The notes under the pieces are model-generated. The model was not told the DNA's origin. It searched no databases and worked only from the letters and a program-made list of their open reading frames with translations. From the NCBI GenBank assembly GCA_002269645.1, contig NIVC01000126.1:682001-746000 (forward strand): DNA of 64,000 bases. The letters are read 5' to 3'. Origin of the DNA: Macrostomum lignano (taxonomy: Eukaryota). Both the position numbers and the translations under genes were made by a program. Shown here piece after piece: positions 13,355-24,833 of this stretch. How positions within the stretch are numbered: the first letter of the stretch is position 1; each line of letters begins with the position of its first letter.

Positions 13355-13723
13355 TTAATTGCCACCAATCAGTGACTCAACATTGGTGTAACGCCACTCG
13401 TCATCAACCAAGTCTCTGGCTAATTGGCGCATCTCTCTGAGCCGGGACTCGTGCAGATCCCTGGCCAGTTGGGCGAGGCCCGTGTCCACCTCCTGGCACA
13501 CCTGCAGGCGGGCGTCAACAGCGCGGCTGCTGTGCAGATCCGCCGCTGCAGCCGACGCTCCCGCAGATGAGCTGCCATCGATGGACCGCCTGAACAGCGG
13601 GCCGCAGAGGTCGTCCAGACCTACAAAAGATGAACTGGCGGCTGCGGCTGCTGCTGCTGCTGCTGCGGCGCTTCCGCTGATGCGAATGCGAGGAGCCGCT
13701 GTGACCGAGGACGGCATCGACAT
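13355..13723 (-). CDS. ANAPC16: Anaphase-promoting complex subunit 16-like, 122 aa, single exon
   Basis: C-terminus SRLREMRQLARDLVDDEWRYTNVESLIGG resembles the recalled human APC16 [29 protein letters not shown]. Ala/Ser-rich N-terminus and size also fit; GC-rich ORF in AT-rich flanks. Confidence 0.78.
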   Translation of the reverse strand: MSMPSSVTAAPRIRISGSAAAAAAAAAAASSSFVGLDDLCGPLFRRSIDGSSSAGASAAAADLHSSRAVDARLQVCQEVDTGLAQLARDLHESRLREMRQLARDLVDDEWRYTNVESLIGGN

Positions 13724-13852
13724 GACGGATGGGGAGCCGAGATTTGTTTAGTATGGAGCGCTACCAACTGGCATGCATTCGGTTCAGTTCGGGCTTCAGT
13801 GGGTGGTTACCGAGTAATGAGAGAAACCAGTCTCAGTGACTGCATGATGGCT

Positions 13853-14150
13853 GGCAGCTTAACCTGAAGGACTGGGGGGCATGGCAGCTAAACCTGAAGG
13901 ACTGGGGGGCATTGCAGCTCAACCTGAAGGACTGGGGGGCATTGCAGCTCAACCTGAAGGACTGGGGGGCATTGCAGCTCAACCTGAAGGACTGGGGGGC
14001 ATTGCAGCTCAACCTGAAGGACTGGGGGGGGGGGCATTGCAGCTCAACCTGAAGGACTGGGGGGCATTGCAGCTCAACCTAAAAGACTGAGGGAGGGCAT
14101 GGCAGCTTAACTTGAAAGGCTAGGGAGCATAGAAGATCAACCTGAAAGAC
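13853..14150. repeat. 30-bp minisatellite (AACCTGAAGGACTGGGGGGCATTGCAGCTC)
   Basis: About 8-10 copies, degenerate at the ends. Confidence 0.9.
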
Positions 14151-17139
14151 TAAGGGACATACTACCTCAACTTCTATCCCCATATTAAATAACAAACATT
14201 AAAACTATGTCTTCATATATACTAAATGCATACTCATAATATACTAAATTTTGAATGATTTAGCAGGAAAATTTGTACATAATACTAATGCTAGGACAAT
14301 AATTAAACAACAATATAATTGATGATGTTAATATATAACTTAACTATTGAGACATACACTTTCCTTATTGTTAGATAACTTTATTTATTTTTAATAGTAA
14401 TTACTTTGATTTTAATACTATTTATGCTTGAATAAATAATTGCATTTATTCTAACTCTTTTAACAAGTATACTTTTTAATTTATACAATATATTCCATTT
14501 TTATAACAACCTTTTGGCAACACTATGCAAATAAAAACTAGGTGCTATTGTTAAAAATGTAATGAACTTGCTTTGTTTATTGACAAATATAGCTTGTATT
14601 GATTCATTGCCATTTTTGTTTTGTGTACCTTGGACAAAATTGCCTAGAGATAAGACAAATATTTAGAATATTTGGAATTTCAAATTAAACAAATTTTCAT
14701 TTCAAATCAGAATTCAAAAAATAATAATCAGAATATCAAATATTTGCCAATATGAGCATATGAGCATGTAGAACAAAGATTTAAGATAATTCAAGAATAA
14801 AAATATAAAATATTGATGTTGTAGCTTAAAATTTAGAGAAAGAATTAGGGATCATTGTGCTCTGAGAAAAGGTAGAGAGATTAGAGATGTAACAATTGAG
14901 TACATTAAGTTAAAGTTGAGAAGGCTTTAGGAGGAATGGAGGACTAAGACATTGAAGCTTAAAGAATTATGTTAGAGGTTATAGGCTATAAGCTTGTGGC
15001 TTAGAAATGAGGGGAAAAAATTAAAAATGGAACAATATAGGACAATTCTTAAGAAAAAGCAAGGATGATTAAGTAGTCTCCATGCTTAAATTGAGGTTTT
15101 AGAGGGGGGTCACTAGGAATTAAATTTATAGAACATTGATTCAAGAGCACTGGTTCTTATAAATGTAGAGTAGGATTGGCATTTGGTTTAAGTATATTTC
15201 ATTGAAAAAGAAATACAGATACTAGCCTATTACTTTTTGTTGAGGGCTACTAAAAGGATATTTTTACTAAAATATTTGTTTGTATTTAGTATTATTTGGT
15301 ATTTGAATCTGTTTTATCAGATATTTAAATTAAATCAGTTGGAAATAAAGGAAAATAGTATTTTAATTAATGTTTATATATTAGATATGAGCTGGGTTTA
15401 TTTTTTGTGCGTAAAGTATGCATAGGCACCTTAAATTAAAAAATTGCACCCTGAAATTGAAATGTAGGTGCAGTTTAGGTGCGGTCTTATAACCTATTTT
15501 TCCATTAAAACCTCATTTGCACTGCTTTGAAATAAGAAAAAAGAGAAATTGCACTTTGAGCCTTAAAATCGCACCATGAAAGTAAGCGCATTATAAGTTA
15601 AGGATAGGAAAAAAGCAAATTGGAATTTTAGAAAATAGATAATATAATTTAATTTCTATACTTTACATTTTTTACTTAATAATAGGTCTGAGCCATTTTA
15701 AAGCCAATGTCAACCTAAAGCCAAGGAGCTTATATTGCTAATAGCCAACAAGATGTTGACTATTTGCTAGTTGGCTATATATTGTGTATGGGCTCCTGAA
15801 GAAATTCTTGGGTCTGTGAATGATGTCTTAAGACTCCAGCTATGCAGCAACAGTGACTAAATAAAGAGAGAGCCCAGTTTGTTGACAGCTACTGCTGATC
15901 ATTTCCTACCTGCAGGACACAGAAGGCCATCCCAAAGGGCAGTTTTTTTTCCTGGGCAGCCATATCTAACCCTGTTGCAGCTGCTGAAGCTGCTGACTTA
16001 TGCACTGCCTCGCCTTTACTGGGTGGCTCACTATTATTAGTAGGCCTATTATTTAATTAATATTACTGATCTGACAATACTTACCTGACACACTTATTAT
16101 AATATGCCTGCTACTCATATTCTGCCTGTTATGACCATTTCTGTGTGAAAAAAATGATAAATAATTTAACGCAGCAAACTAAGACTTAGAGATTCATTCA
16201 TATTAAAATATGCCTTCATACGTAAAAATTAAGACAGACTGTGAGTCTGTAAATAGGTACCAGGTGACATTTTAGTCCGTTAGTTATAGCCAAGGCAAAA
16301 AATCTTAAACTCCATGGTGACATTGTGGACGTGACAACAAACACTTAAAATTATGAATGTCAATGTTCCCAAGTCGAATCGGTGTGATCGTGTGATGTGA
16401 TTGTCAATCAATCAATCAACTAATTCGACAACGACGATGATCTCTATTTTCACAACATGATTTAAAATAAAATCATTAGAAAATTGGAATTCTTTGTCTT
16501 GTTTGTTTAGACTATAAAATTTTAAATAATATATCTATTGTTGGCCTCGGCTAACCATAGTTTAGAAAAATGCACCTTTCTAAAAATATTGTTGCCTACG
16601 ATTGTTTTAACGTCAGAAAAAGTACATTTGAGCGTAACTTTTTATGCTTTTCATATTTACCGATTCCGGAACCAGAATCGATTCCGATCTTCAAAGAAAA
16701 GCAGTATAACTATTTAACTTTCTTGAATGTTTGACTGCCTTAACAGCCTCACTTTGCACAATTTTTCACTTTCTTTTTTGCTATTATTTCATGCATTCAA
16801 TAAATAAAACTTTAGCAAGTATATTCTAGTTTAGAACACAAAAATTTTTACTTTAGAAATTGGATCTGGTTCTAGAACCAGAACAAGCAATATTAAAAGG
16901 CCCATTTAGAGGCGGCTCGAAATGGGTATATGACAAATGATTCTCACAAATTGACTGCTACTACAAATGACGTCCAACAAAACTTTTGCCGTGTATAATA
17001 TTGACTGCTGGCGGCAGAAATTCTTGCACATACAATATTTTGACTGCGACCAATTAAAAATTAGATCGAATAGCAGAAAGTCAAGACAATAAAATGAATA
17101 TATGGATTAATGCCTAGCTAATGCACGCCTATGCGATTT

Positions 17140-17654
17140 CGACGCGGCATCCTGCAGCAAGGCGCCACAGTGACGGCAGAATGGTACAGCACCGCGTCTG
17201 CTTGCCTCAGGTTCTGCAGGCGCTCGCACAGCAGCGGCCAAAATGCTTGACAAAGGCATGTTCCTCCATCAGGACAGTGCTCCCGTGCACCGGGCACGAG
17301 TAACCCAGGAGTTCCTTCAGGCGATCCAGCTGCCGCATCCCGCATATTCGCCGGACCTGGCGCTTGCTGACTTTTTCCTCTTTCCCAGGATGAAGAAAAA
17401 TCTGAAGGGGAAGCGCTTCGACTCGAGGAAGGAGCTGGTTGTTGCGCTGCAAGCTGAGCTGGACTGAGCTTCAGCATAGCTGATCTCAGGGGGTGCTTCG
17501 GCGCACATGGTTCCAGCGCCTGCAAAAGTGCTCCGATTTGGGTGAAAATTATGTTGAGAAGTTATAATAGACTGCAGTTGCTACAGGTAAAATTTCGCAC
17601 AGAAGCAACAATCAGAATTGAACTTTTCCGGGAATTTAATCAGCACCCCTCGTA
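17140..17654 (+). mobile_element. Truncated, frameshifted mariner (Tc1/mariner) transposon, 3' half with right TIR
   Basis: Across frameshifts: RGIL.QQGATVTAEWY..QRP..KGMFLHQDSAPVH..HPAYSPDLALADFFLFPRMKKNLKGKRF..WFQRLQKC..GENYVEK. The end ...CAGCACCCCTCG|TA is the reverse complement of a CGAGGGG-type mariner TIR plus TA. Confidence 0.9.
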
Positions 17655-18211
17655 TAATCCCGTTCCAAAAAAGTCTAACAGAATTGAAGAAAAGTCGAAC
17701 TTTCTTTCATGTTGGTTTCCCCATGAGACACATCTTAAGAAAGGCGACGTGAAATTCCAAATGTATGAACCATAGACCAATTAATGTGGCATTGAGATGT
17801 CGAAACGAGATGTCAATTAACATTAATTATGTACTTTTACTTTAACATTCAAGGCTTTCTTGCATGTACTATATTGCAAATTTTACAATCCATGTACATG
17901 TAAACTGAAAATTTTAATCATTTGAAAATTTATCTATATGCCTTTTGTACTGTATGTACAACTGCATGTACAATTTGCATACCAAATCGTGTAAATCTTG
18001 ATTGACAGCCTGATGAAAAAAAGAAACAAATAACACAAAAAAATAATGTTTATCTTTTTCAAGCATTTGAAAAGAATATGTTAACTGAAAAAGTCCCTTT
18101 TTATCGACGATTGACTGATTATAAGCATGCAGGCTTATGTTATAACGATGCACACATTTTGAGGAAGCTTTGGCTGAACGAAGACGCGCGTGCATTGAAC
18201 TTTTATATTGT

Positions 18212-20750
18212 TTAGCGGCAGTACTTGTTGTTGTCATTTGTCTTATCGTCGAGCGCGATTCGTACCTCGTGAGCCTCGGCTGTCTCGCTAGGATTGTCAC
18301 GCCTAGATTGCTCCTGAGGATCCACGCCGTGACGCAGTCGCCGAAAACTCTTGATTAGTCCGCGCTTGACCCGTCTAAAACGAGAGCTCATCCAGTTGCT
18401 CTGCCGCCTGGGCTCCAAGTTCTCCGGTTGAGCTGATCTACTACCTGCTGCTTGAGTTTGTACGCTGCTGTCAACGTTCGAGCCAGACTGCGGCACAGAA
18501 GCCGCGCTGGAGGCGGACATCACCGTGACTGGAGTGGACACATCGCAACTGTCGAGCTCTCCGCCAGGGCTTGTTTGCGACCGACTCGCAAGCACATCCT
18601 GGTGGATTGCGATTTATTGCATGTTTCATTCTATACTCAATGAAAAATGTTAAGGCTTGATGTTTTACAGCGAACGAATTTTAAGGACAAGAACAACTTT
18701 CCAACCAGTTTTGAAGAAGTATCGAGTACCATCAATACTTTTAAAAGAAATTACATGCAGATCCAATGGTTTATGGATATTACATACCGGCATGCATCTA
18801 TACATTTGTGATCACACAAATTTCTGAATCTCATTCAACTACCTGAACATGCAAATACCCTTGCTGGTCCAGAGCCAACCAAGCTGCAGGTTTAAAATAT
18901 TTCACCTGATCCGTGTCGCTTAAGTCCGACAGCAGATCCGGCGGCAGGTCGGACGCCTCCGACTTGTTGCTGTCCGGAACGTCTGACTGTCCGGCTGCGA
19001 TCAGAACAGGAACTGTGTCCAGCTCCTCGTCCTCATCTTGGAGATTGGTCTCGAACTCAACACCGCTGGAGAGAGGAGCTGCTGGAAGCTCTAAGCTCTT
19101 GACGTCAGCCACAGCGCCACACAGTTCAAGTTCGGCACCGGATTCGATTGAAACAGTGTCACTGAGGACTGCTGGAGACTGAACTCTGCATGTTGGTGGT
19201 ATAGTTTATGAGAAGTAAGACAGTGAGTTGATTCAGCATTCTGCAGAACCTGACTTATGGTGTAGCATGTACACATGTAGCTACGATCTAAAAAGCTTCA
19301 TTGTTTTCAAAAATTGCATCGCAATCCTAGCCAGACAGCTCCCTAATATCAGCACCTCAATACCCGCACCTCAACTTAAAGACCAACGACGTTCAGACTC
19401 AACAACCCCATTAAGTGCACCCCAGCACCACCAACCACTTATACGAGTACAGCACCTCAACATTCACAGGTCAAAACATCAATACCCCAACAACAATACA
19501 CCAAGATCAGCTCAACATCAACACCCTAACATCATCACCCCCCGACACCAACATCACAACACCACAACATGGCAACACCACAACATCACAACACCACAAC
19601 ATCACAACACCACAACATCAACACCCCAGTATCAACTATCCAACACAAACAGATTTCAGATATTTCCCAAACCAGAAAACCACCCGATTAAAACCAACCG
19701 CTCCCATTACCGCATCGGAGAATGGCCAGTCCACACGTCCTGAATTTGATCGCACTCGAAGCCAGCTCCGCTCTCCAGACTGAAGCTGTCACTCTCGCGC
19801 ATTAGCAACGCGGGATCGTCCATTGAACTGTTGCTTTTCGGACTCAACTCAACTTGGCGCTGAGGTGACTGGTAATTAAGCAACAGATCACTGTTGGAGC
19901 TTTGATGAATTGTCGTACATTCCGTTCCTTTATTGCATGTTGACCTGCTGCCAGATTTGCCGCGGTTCGTACCCGATCGGCGAGCTGTGCGGCACTGCAA
20001 TGCTCGGCTAAATGCGCTGTTCGAGTTTGACGTCTCGGTTAGTTGCTGAGGCCTCTTTAGCTGGCAGGCTGAGCGAACGGCTCGAGCAGCTGAAAATTAT
20101 TTAAAATGATAAAAATTGTCTTCCAAAAATGCATTGGGTCCCAGAAAGGGTGCCATCCAGAAAAGTTAGGGGCAAATCCCAGTTATGTGATAACTTGAGT
20201 GTGCTGAACCAATTTGAGTACTGCATCAAAGAGGAATCCAAAACCCTGGTGGTCCACACGTTCAGGACCGACACGCTTTGTGTTCTGGCCTCAGCAGCTT
20301 TTTTCACAGACGCTGCAGACGCCCCATGCACCAGTGAGGTGAGGACAGGTGCGCACTCGGCATTCCGTCAGTGGTTTTCACGTTGCACCTTGAGCACCAA
20401 GAGTTGTTTTGAGACGAACCATCTACAACACTGCTTTAGGAGTTTATATTGTACAGCATATTTTGGTTCAGCGTTGGTTTAAGTACTATACGGGCGCCAA
20501 TTTGGTTGTCAGGAGCACACCGGCTTGGTTGCTAGGGGGCACCGATCATCAAACTGAACTGGGGGTTGCTACGAGGATAGTTTGTTTATTAGATTGTTCA
20601 CCTTCATTGTCGCCATAGTTCGAATGCAAGATGCGAGATTTCATGCGTTTTTTAGAAGTAAAAAGGCAGAAAAGCTTATGTGGATTATTAGAACATACCA
20701 GATCGTAGAAACTGCATTGCATTGCTTCCAAATTCTTTTATGTTCGTCAT
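18212..20750 (-). CDS. Uncharacterised Ser-rich protein, predicted exons 20750-20699, 20089-19711, 19185-18906, 18598-18212 (~365 aa)
   Basis: Four GC-rich segments joined by GT-AG introns in phases 1, 2, 0 give a continuous ORF. Exon 1 is the least certain. No domain recognised. Confidence 0.55.
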
Positions 20751-20984
20751 GGCCACTGTTCGCCGTACGACTTGTAAGTCAGTTTATCCCAAGCCTGCAG
20801 ATTCTATTCGAGAGTTGGCCAAGTGTTTAAAACCGGGAATAAGCTGTTTTGACTACCTGCTGCAGTGCGCGCATTTGATTTCATCCTTTAAAGCTTTCAA
20901 AATTGATCTATGGCATGGCAGAGGCTCTCGCACTCTAAGTTTATTTTTAACATAAAGCTTGACTACAGTATAAATAAGTCTGTG

Positions 20985-21041
20985 TGTGTGCGCGCCTTCT
21001 CTGCGTCTGTCTGTGTGTCTGTCTGTCTGTCTGTCTGTCTT

Positions 21042-21136
<95 letters not shown>

Positions 21137-21233
21137 TTCTGTCTGTCTGTCTGTCTTTCTGTCTGTCTTTCTGTCTGTCTGTCTGTCTTTCTGTCTGTCT
21201 GTCTTAGTGTCTGTCTGTCTGTCTGTCTGTATT

Positions 21234-21264
<31 letters not shown>

Positions 21265-21302
21265 GTCTGTCTGTCTGTCTGTCCGTCTGTCTGTCTGTCC
21301 GT
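20985..21302. repeat. (GTCT)n microsatellite
   Basis: Direct reading. Confidence 0.95.
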
Positions 21303-21675
21303 CTAAACAAATATTTTGACCAACAAAATTTTTCTAGCTCGCGGCGAGCTGTTTGACGTCAAAGAGGCCCATGCATGGGTAAGAGATTTCTTCACCAAAT
21401 TATTGCGTACCTTTGCTTTTTAACCTGCTCTGCGCCTCTCTTCATGTGTCACTGGCGGCCATTTTACGTGCAAGAAGGCTTGACCCTCATTTTGTTTATT
21501 AATCTTTTAATTAAACAACGCAGCTGAAGGTTGCCAGCTGATGGCTGTTTTAAGTGCATTTCATCTGCCCCTCTCCCCCACTTGTATTCGAGCGCATTAG
21601 TTATAAATGCGATGCAAATTCTGGTTGGCAATCAATTCTCGCTTCGAATCGAATATTCAAACACATTAAAATCCA

Positions 21676-21909
21676 ATGTCCTACGCACTCGGAGATCCTT
21701 CGCAACGAGAAGCAGAAGCGGCTGCTGCAGAGCTTGACAACCCGACGCTGATGATGAATCAACCGCGATTGAAGGTTCGACGAAATGCCATCTGCGTCAT
21801 CGACGTTCGTCAGGAGGTCCCGACTTTCGATGGAATCCAACGATTTCCGATCGGACGCGCGGGCAAGCCGGATGAAGCTGCGATTGGCTTGTCTGAGATT
21901 CTGGACTAG
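21676..21909 (+). CDS. Possible small protein (77 aa) with RRNAI motif
   Basis: ATG-to-stop GC-rich ORF in AT-rich surroundings; no confirmed homology. Confidence 0.3.
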   Translation: MSYALGDPSQREAEAAAAELDNPTLMMNQPRLKVRRNAICVIDVRQEVPTFDGIQRFPIGRAGKPDEAAIGLSEILD

Positions 21910-22057
21910 CTAAATCGATGTTCCAATAGTAATCGCTTCATTGCATGCATTCTTTTTTTTAACGAAAATAACCAAATTTGCAACATCAACAAATTAACAT
22001 TTTTTCTATTGATTCTTATTTTTTGGTACATTAAAAACAATTGCTGCTAGCCGTAGA

Positions 22058-22161
<104 letters not shown>

Positions 22162-24640
22162 CAACACTCTCTCTGAGTACGGTTGTTTGCTTTGATTATA
22201 TACACATTTATAATTGCACCTTAAAAGTTTGAATCGCGCTAAAACCATGCAGAAACCACCTGCGGTTCTCGTCTCAACTTTGGGTGGATAGAATCCCTAG
22301 AGGACATTGACTTGTTGATTCTTAGCAGATCTTATATCTATTTTCTTGGGTTGCTGCACAAGTACTTGCAAGAACGTGCAAGATCTTCGCTATGATAATA
22401 CTTAAGTAAACTTACCAGATCTGGGCAACTTGCTACATCGTACAAGATCTTATCTTAACAGCAAATAACTTCCGTGATTAGCCAAAGCTATATTATTATT
22501 AGTTTATTGTAACCTTTCTGTATTTTATATCTGTTTTCACAACTGTACAGTAGACAGTAAAGTTAAATAAGAAAGACAATGACATCATTTTCAGTAATCC
22601 TTACAAATTTATAGCTACTGTATAAAATTATTATATTATGTATATTAATTGTACATAATTAAAATGATTAATTATGTATGTATACATTATATCACATGAT
22701 TTGGCAAATTAAGGTAAAACAATATTGATCAAGTAATAGAGCGCATTAAAACAAAATGGCAATTGTGAGCAAATTAAAAGTACAAGTAGCACATTATGCA
22801 GCAGGCTATGGAACAGGTATGGCAGGTATGGCTAGGTATGGCTATGGCAGGTATGGCTATTGGCTAGAGTTGGAGTAAGCTGCCAATTTAATTTTTACCA
22901 CTGCATTGGGGTATAGAAACTTAAACATATTGCTAGTAGTATGGTTCGGGTCCACAGGTAAACTTGCAACAACTGATAAGCATTACGTACAATCTCTGCT
23001 GCTGTTAAAGTACATTTACAAACCCCCGTCTGCGTCAACCCCTCCCCTAAAGCTGTCTGCACTCAACCTACAATGTCTTCTGTCCCAGGCAATACGCATG
23101 CATGCAGATTGAGCCCCTGTACCAATTTTGGCATGACGATCATCATTGCATTTCTAGCCAATTCTATATGTATATCAATCAGTGCCATAATCACAGCATA
23201 CGGGAACTTTACCAACTGAACCTGTGCGTGGCTGCCCGACGCATCCCGCTTGATTGCCTCCAAACTCAATCCAGACAGTGCATGGGCTGATCTCGGAAGC
23301 GCTTCCTAGATACATGTAGTTATATAAATCCACGTTTACTGCGACCACACGTGCATGTCGCAACGCTGTACACGTGCATTTTACATACTCAGCAACTTCA
23401 AAAGTCGCCATCACAGAAGATTCCGTCGGTGCATATGGTCGCCACTTTTGAAAGTATACAGGTAAAGTCTCTCAATCTTGCGAGTGACGCAACAATTACA
23501 TATAGCTATAACGCTGCGGCAGACTTAAGTTGAGGAATGAAGTGGGGGGGGGGGGCGGCCGTGTGCCTGTTGGACAGATAAAAGCTATCCCAATGAGTTT
23601 CTCTAATATTTTTCAGAATAGTACAAGAGATATTGTTCACTGGTGCATGTGGTGACTCGTCAAACGTTGCTGAGTATATCACTCTAGCTTGATGTACATT
23701 AGACTAAAAATATTGCATAAATCGCATTTATCCCATCAGTAAATTACTAGCTGGAAGACAGCCTGCAGGAACGAGATTATATTATTATACATGCAATTCT
23801 GTACTGATGTACATGTACAAAATATACATAAAATTTCGGGAATATTAACATGCGATCGATGCAAAGGATGGCGCGGTCTGAATATTGAATATTGAATTGC
23901 TTAAAAATGCATTAGCGTCATAAAGTCGGGAAACTTGCATTGTACAGATCGTCGAAATCGCGGTGAAGTTTCCAGCTTGTGAATGACAGTAATTGCTAGC
24001 ACCATCAGTGTCACAATCACGTAGCAGAATAGGACACGTTTTTTTCGGCTTCAGAAGCGGTCAATACATGTTTTGTGTACGAAAATGTATTAGTAAGATG
24101 TCCATTTGTATTCATTTTAAAGTCATGAGAATAATGCTTAAACCTTTTTAAAGAGTAAGCCTACAGGCTACATTTTGCGCAAATCAAGGTTGGCGGTTTA
24201 TTTTCATAGCAGTTGGAGCCGAATGAAATTTAGAACATTTGTTTTTATGCATAGGCCTAAATTTGGTAAGGTGTTACGAATTCTTACACTAGTATACTTA
24301 TTGCCTTTTGTGTCATATGAAGTGACTGGAATTTAATAACTAATGCGTTAGTAATTATGGTAGAACTACAATCTACAGTCTAGGCAGAGAGTGTTTTTTA
24401 GAATATCTGGAAGTTGACTTCAATTCAAATGCATGCAATTTTTTGTCTATTATCACTCCTATCACATTCTATGACTGTTTGTGTGAATGTGAACTATGAT
24501 GAGGTGTGGCTGGCAGTGGTGGCAACAGTACCTCTGGTTCTATTACATAGCCAGGCTATATAAATAGACCCCATGCTCTATTCTTCACAAATAATAACAA
24601 TATAGGGCCTATAGCATTGGGCCCAGATTATTAAGCTAGG

Positions 24641-24833
24641 CATGGGTGGCAGCTGGCGGGAGCTTGTGGCACTGGGGGCACATGCCCCCCCCCCCCCAGA
24701 AAATGAGTTCACGCAACAACTTTTAGTGCTTTTTCTGATTTCAGGCCCTAATAAACAATTAAAAGGTACCTATGCCCCCCTTGCCCTGTGCCTAGTGGTG
24801 CCCCCCCCCAAATATTAGGCTCTGCCGCCCCTA
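24641..24833. mobile_element. 193-bp hAT-like MITE
   Basis: Exact 8-bp direct repeat AAGCTAGG at 24633-24640 and 24834-24841 flanks imperfect 12-bp TIRs (CATGGGTGGCAG / CTGCCGCCCCTA). Confidence 0.6.

Noticed and set aside
21339-21379. Isolated plus-strand exon-like segment (AG..RGELFDVKEAPCM|GTAAG), and a similar one at ~20240-20339
   Set aside because: Could not be linked in phase to a convincing gene model.
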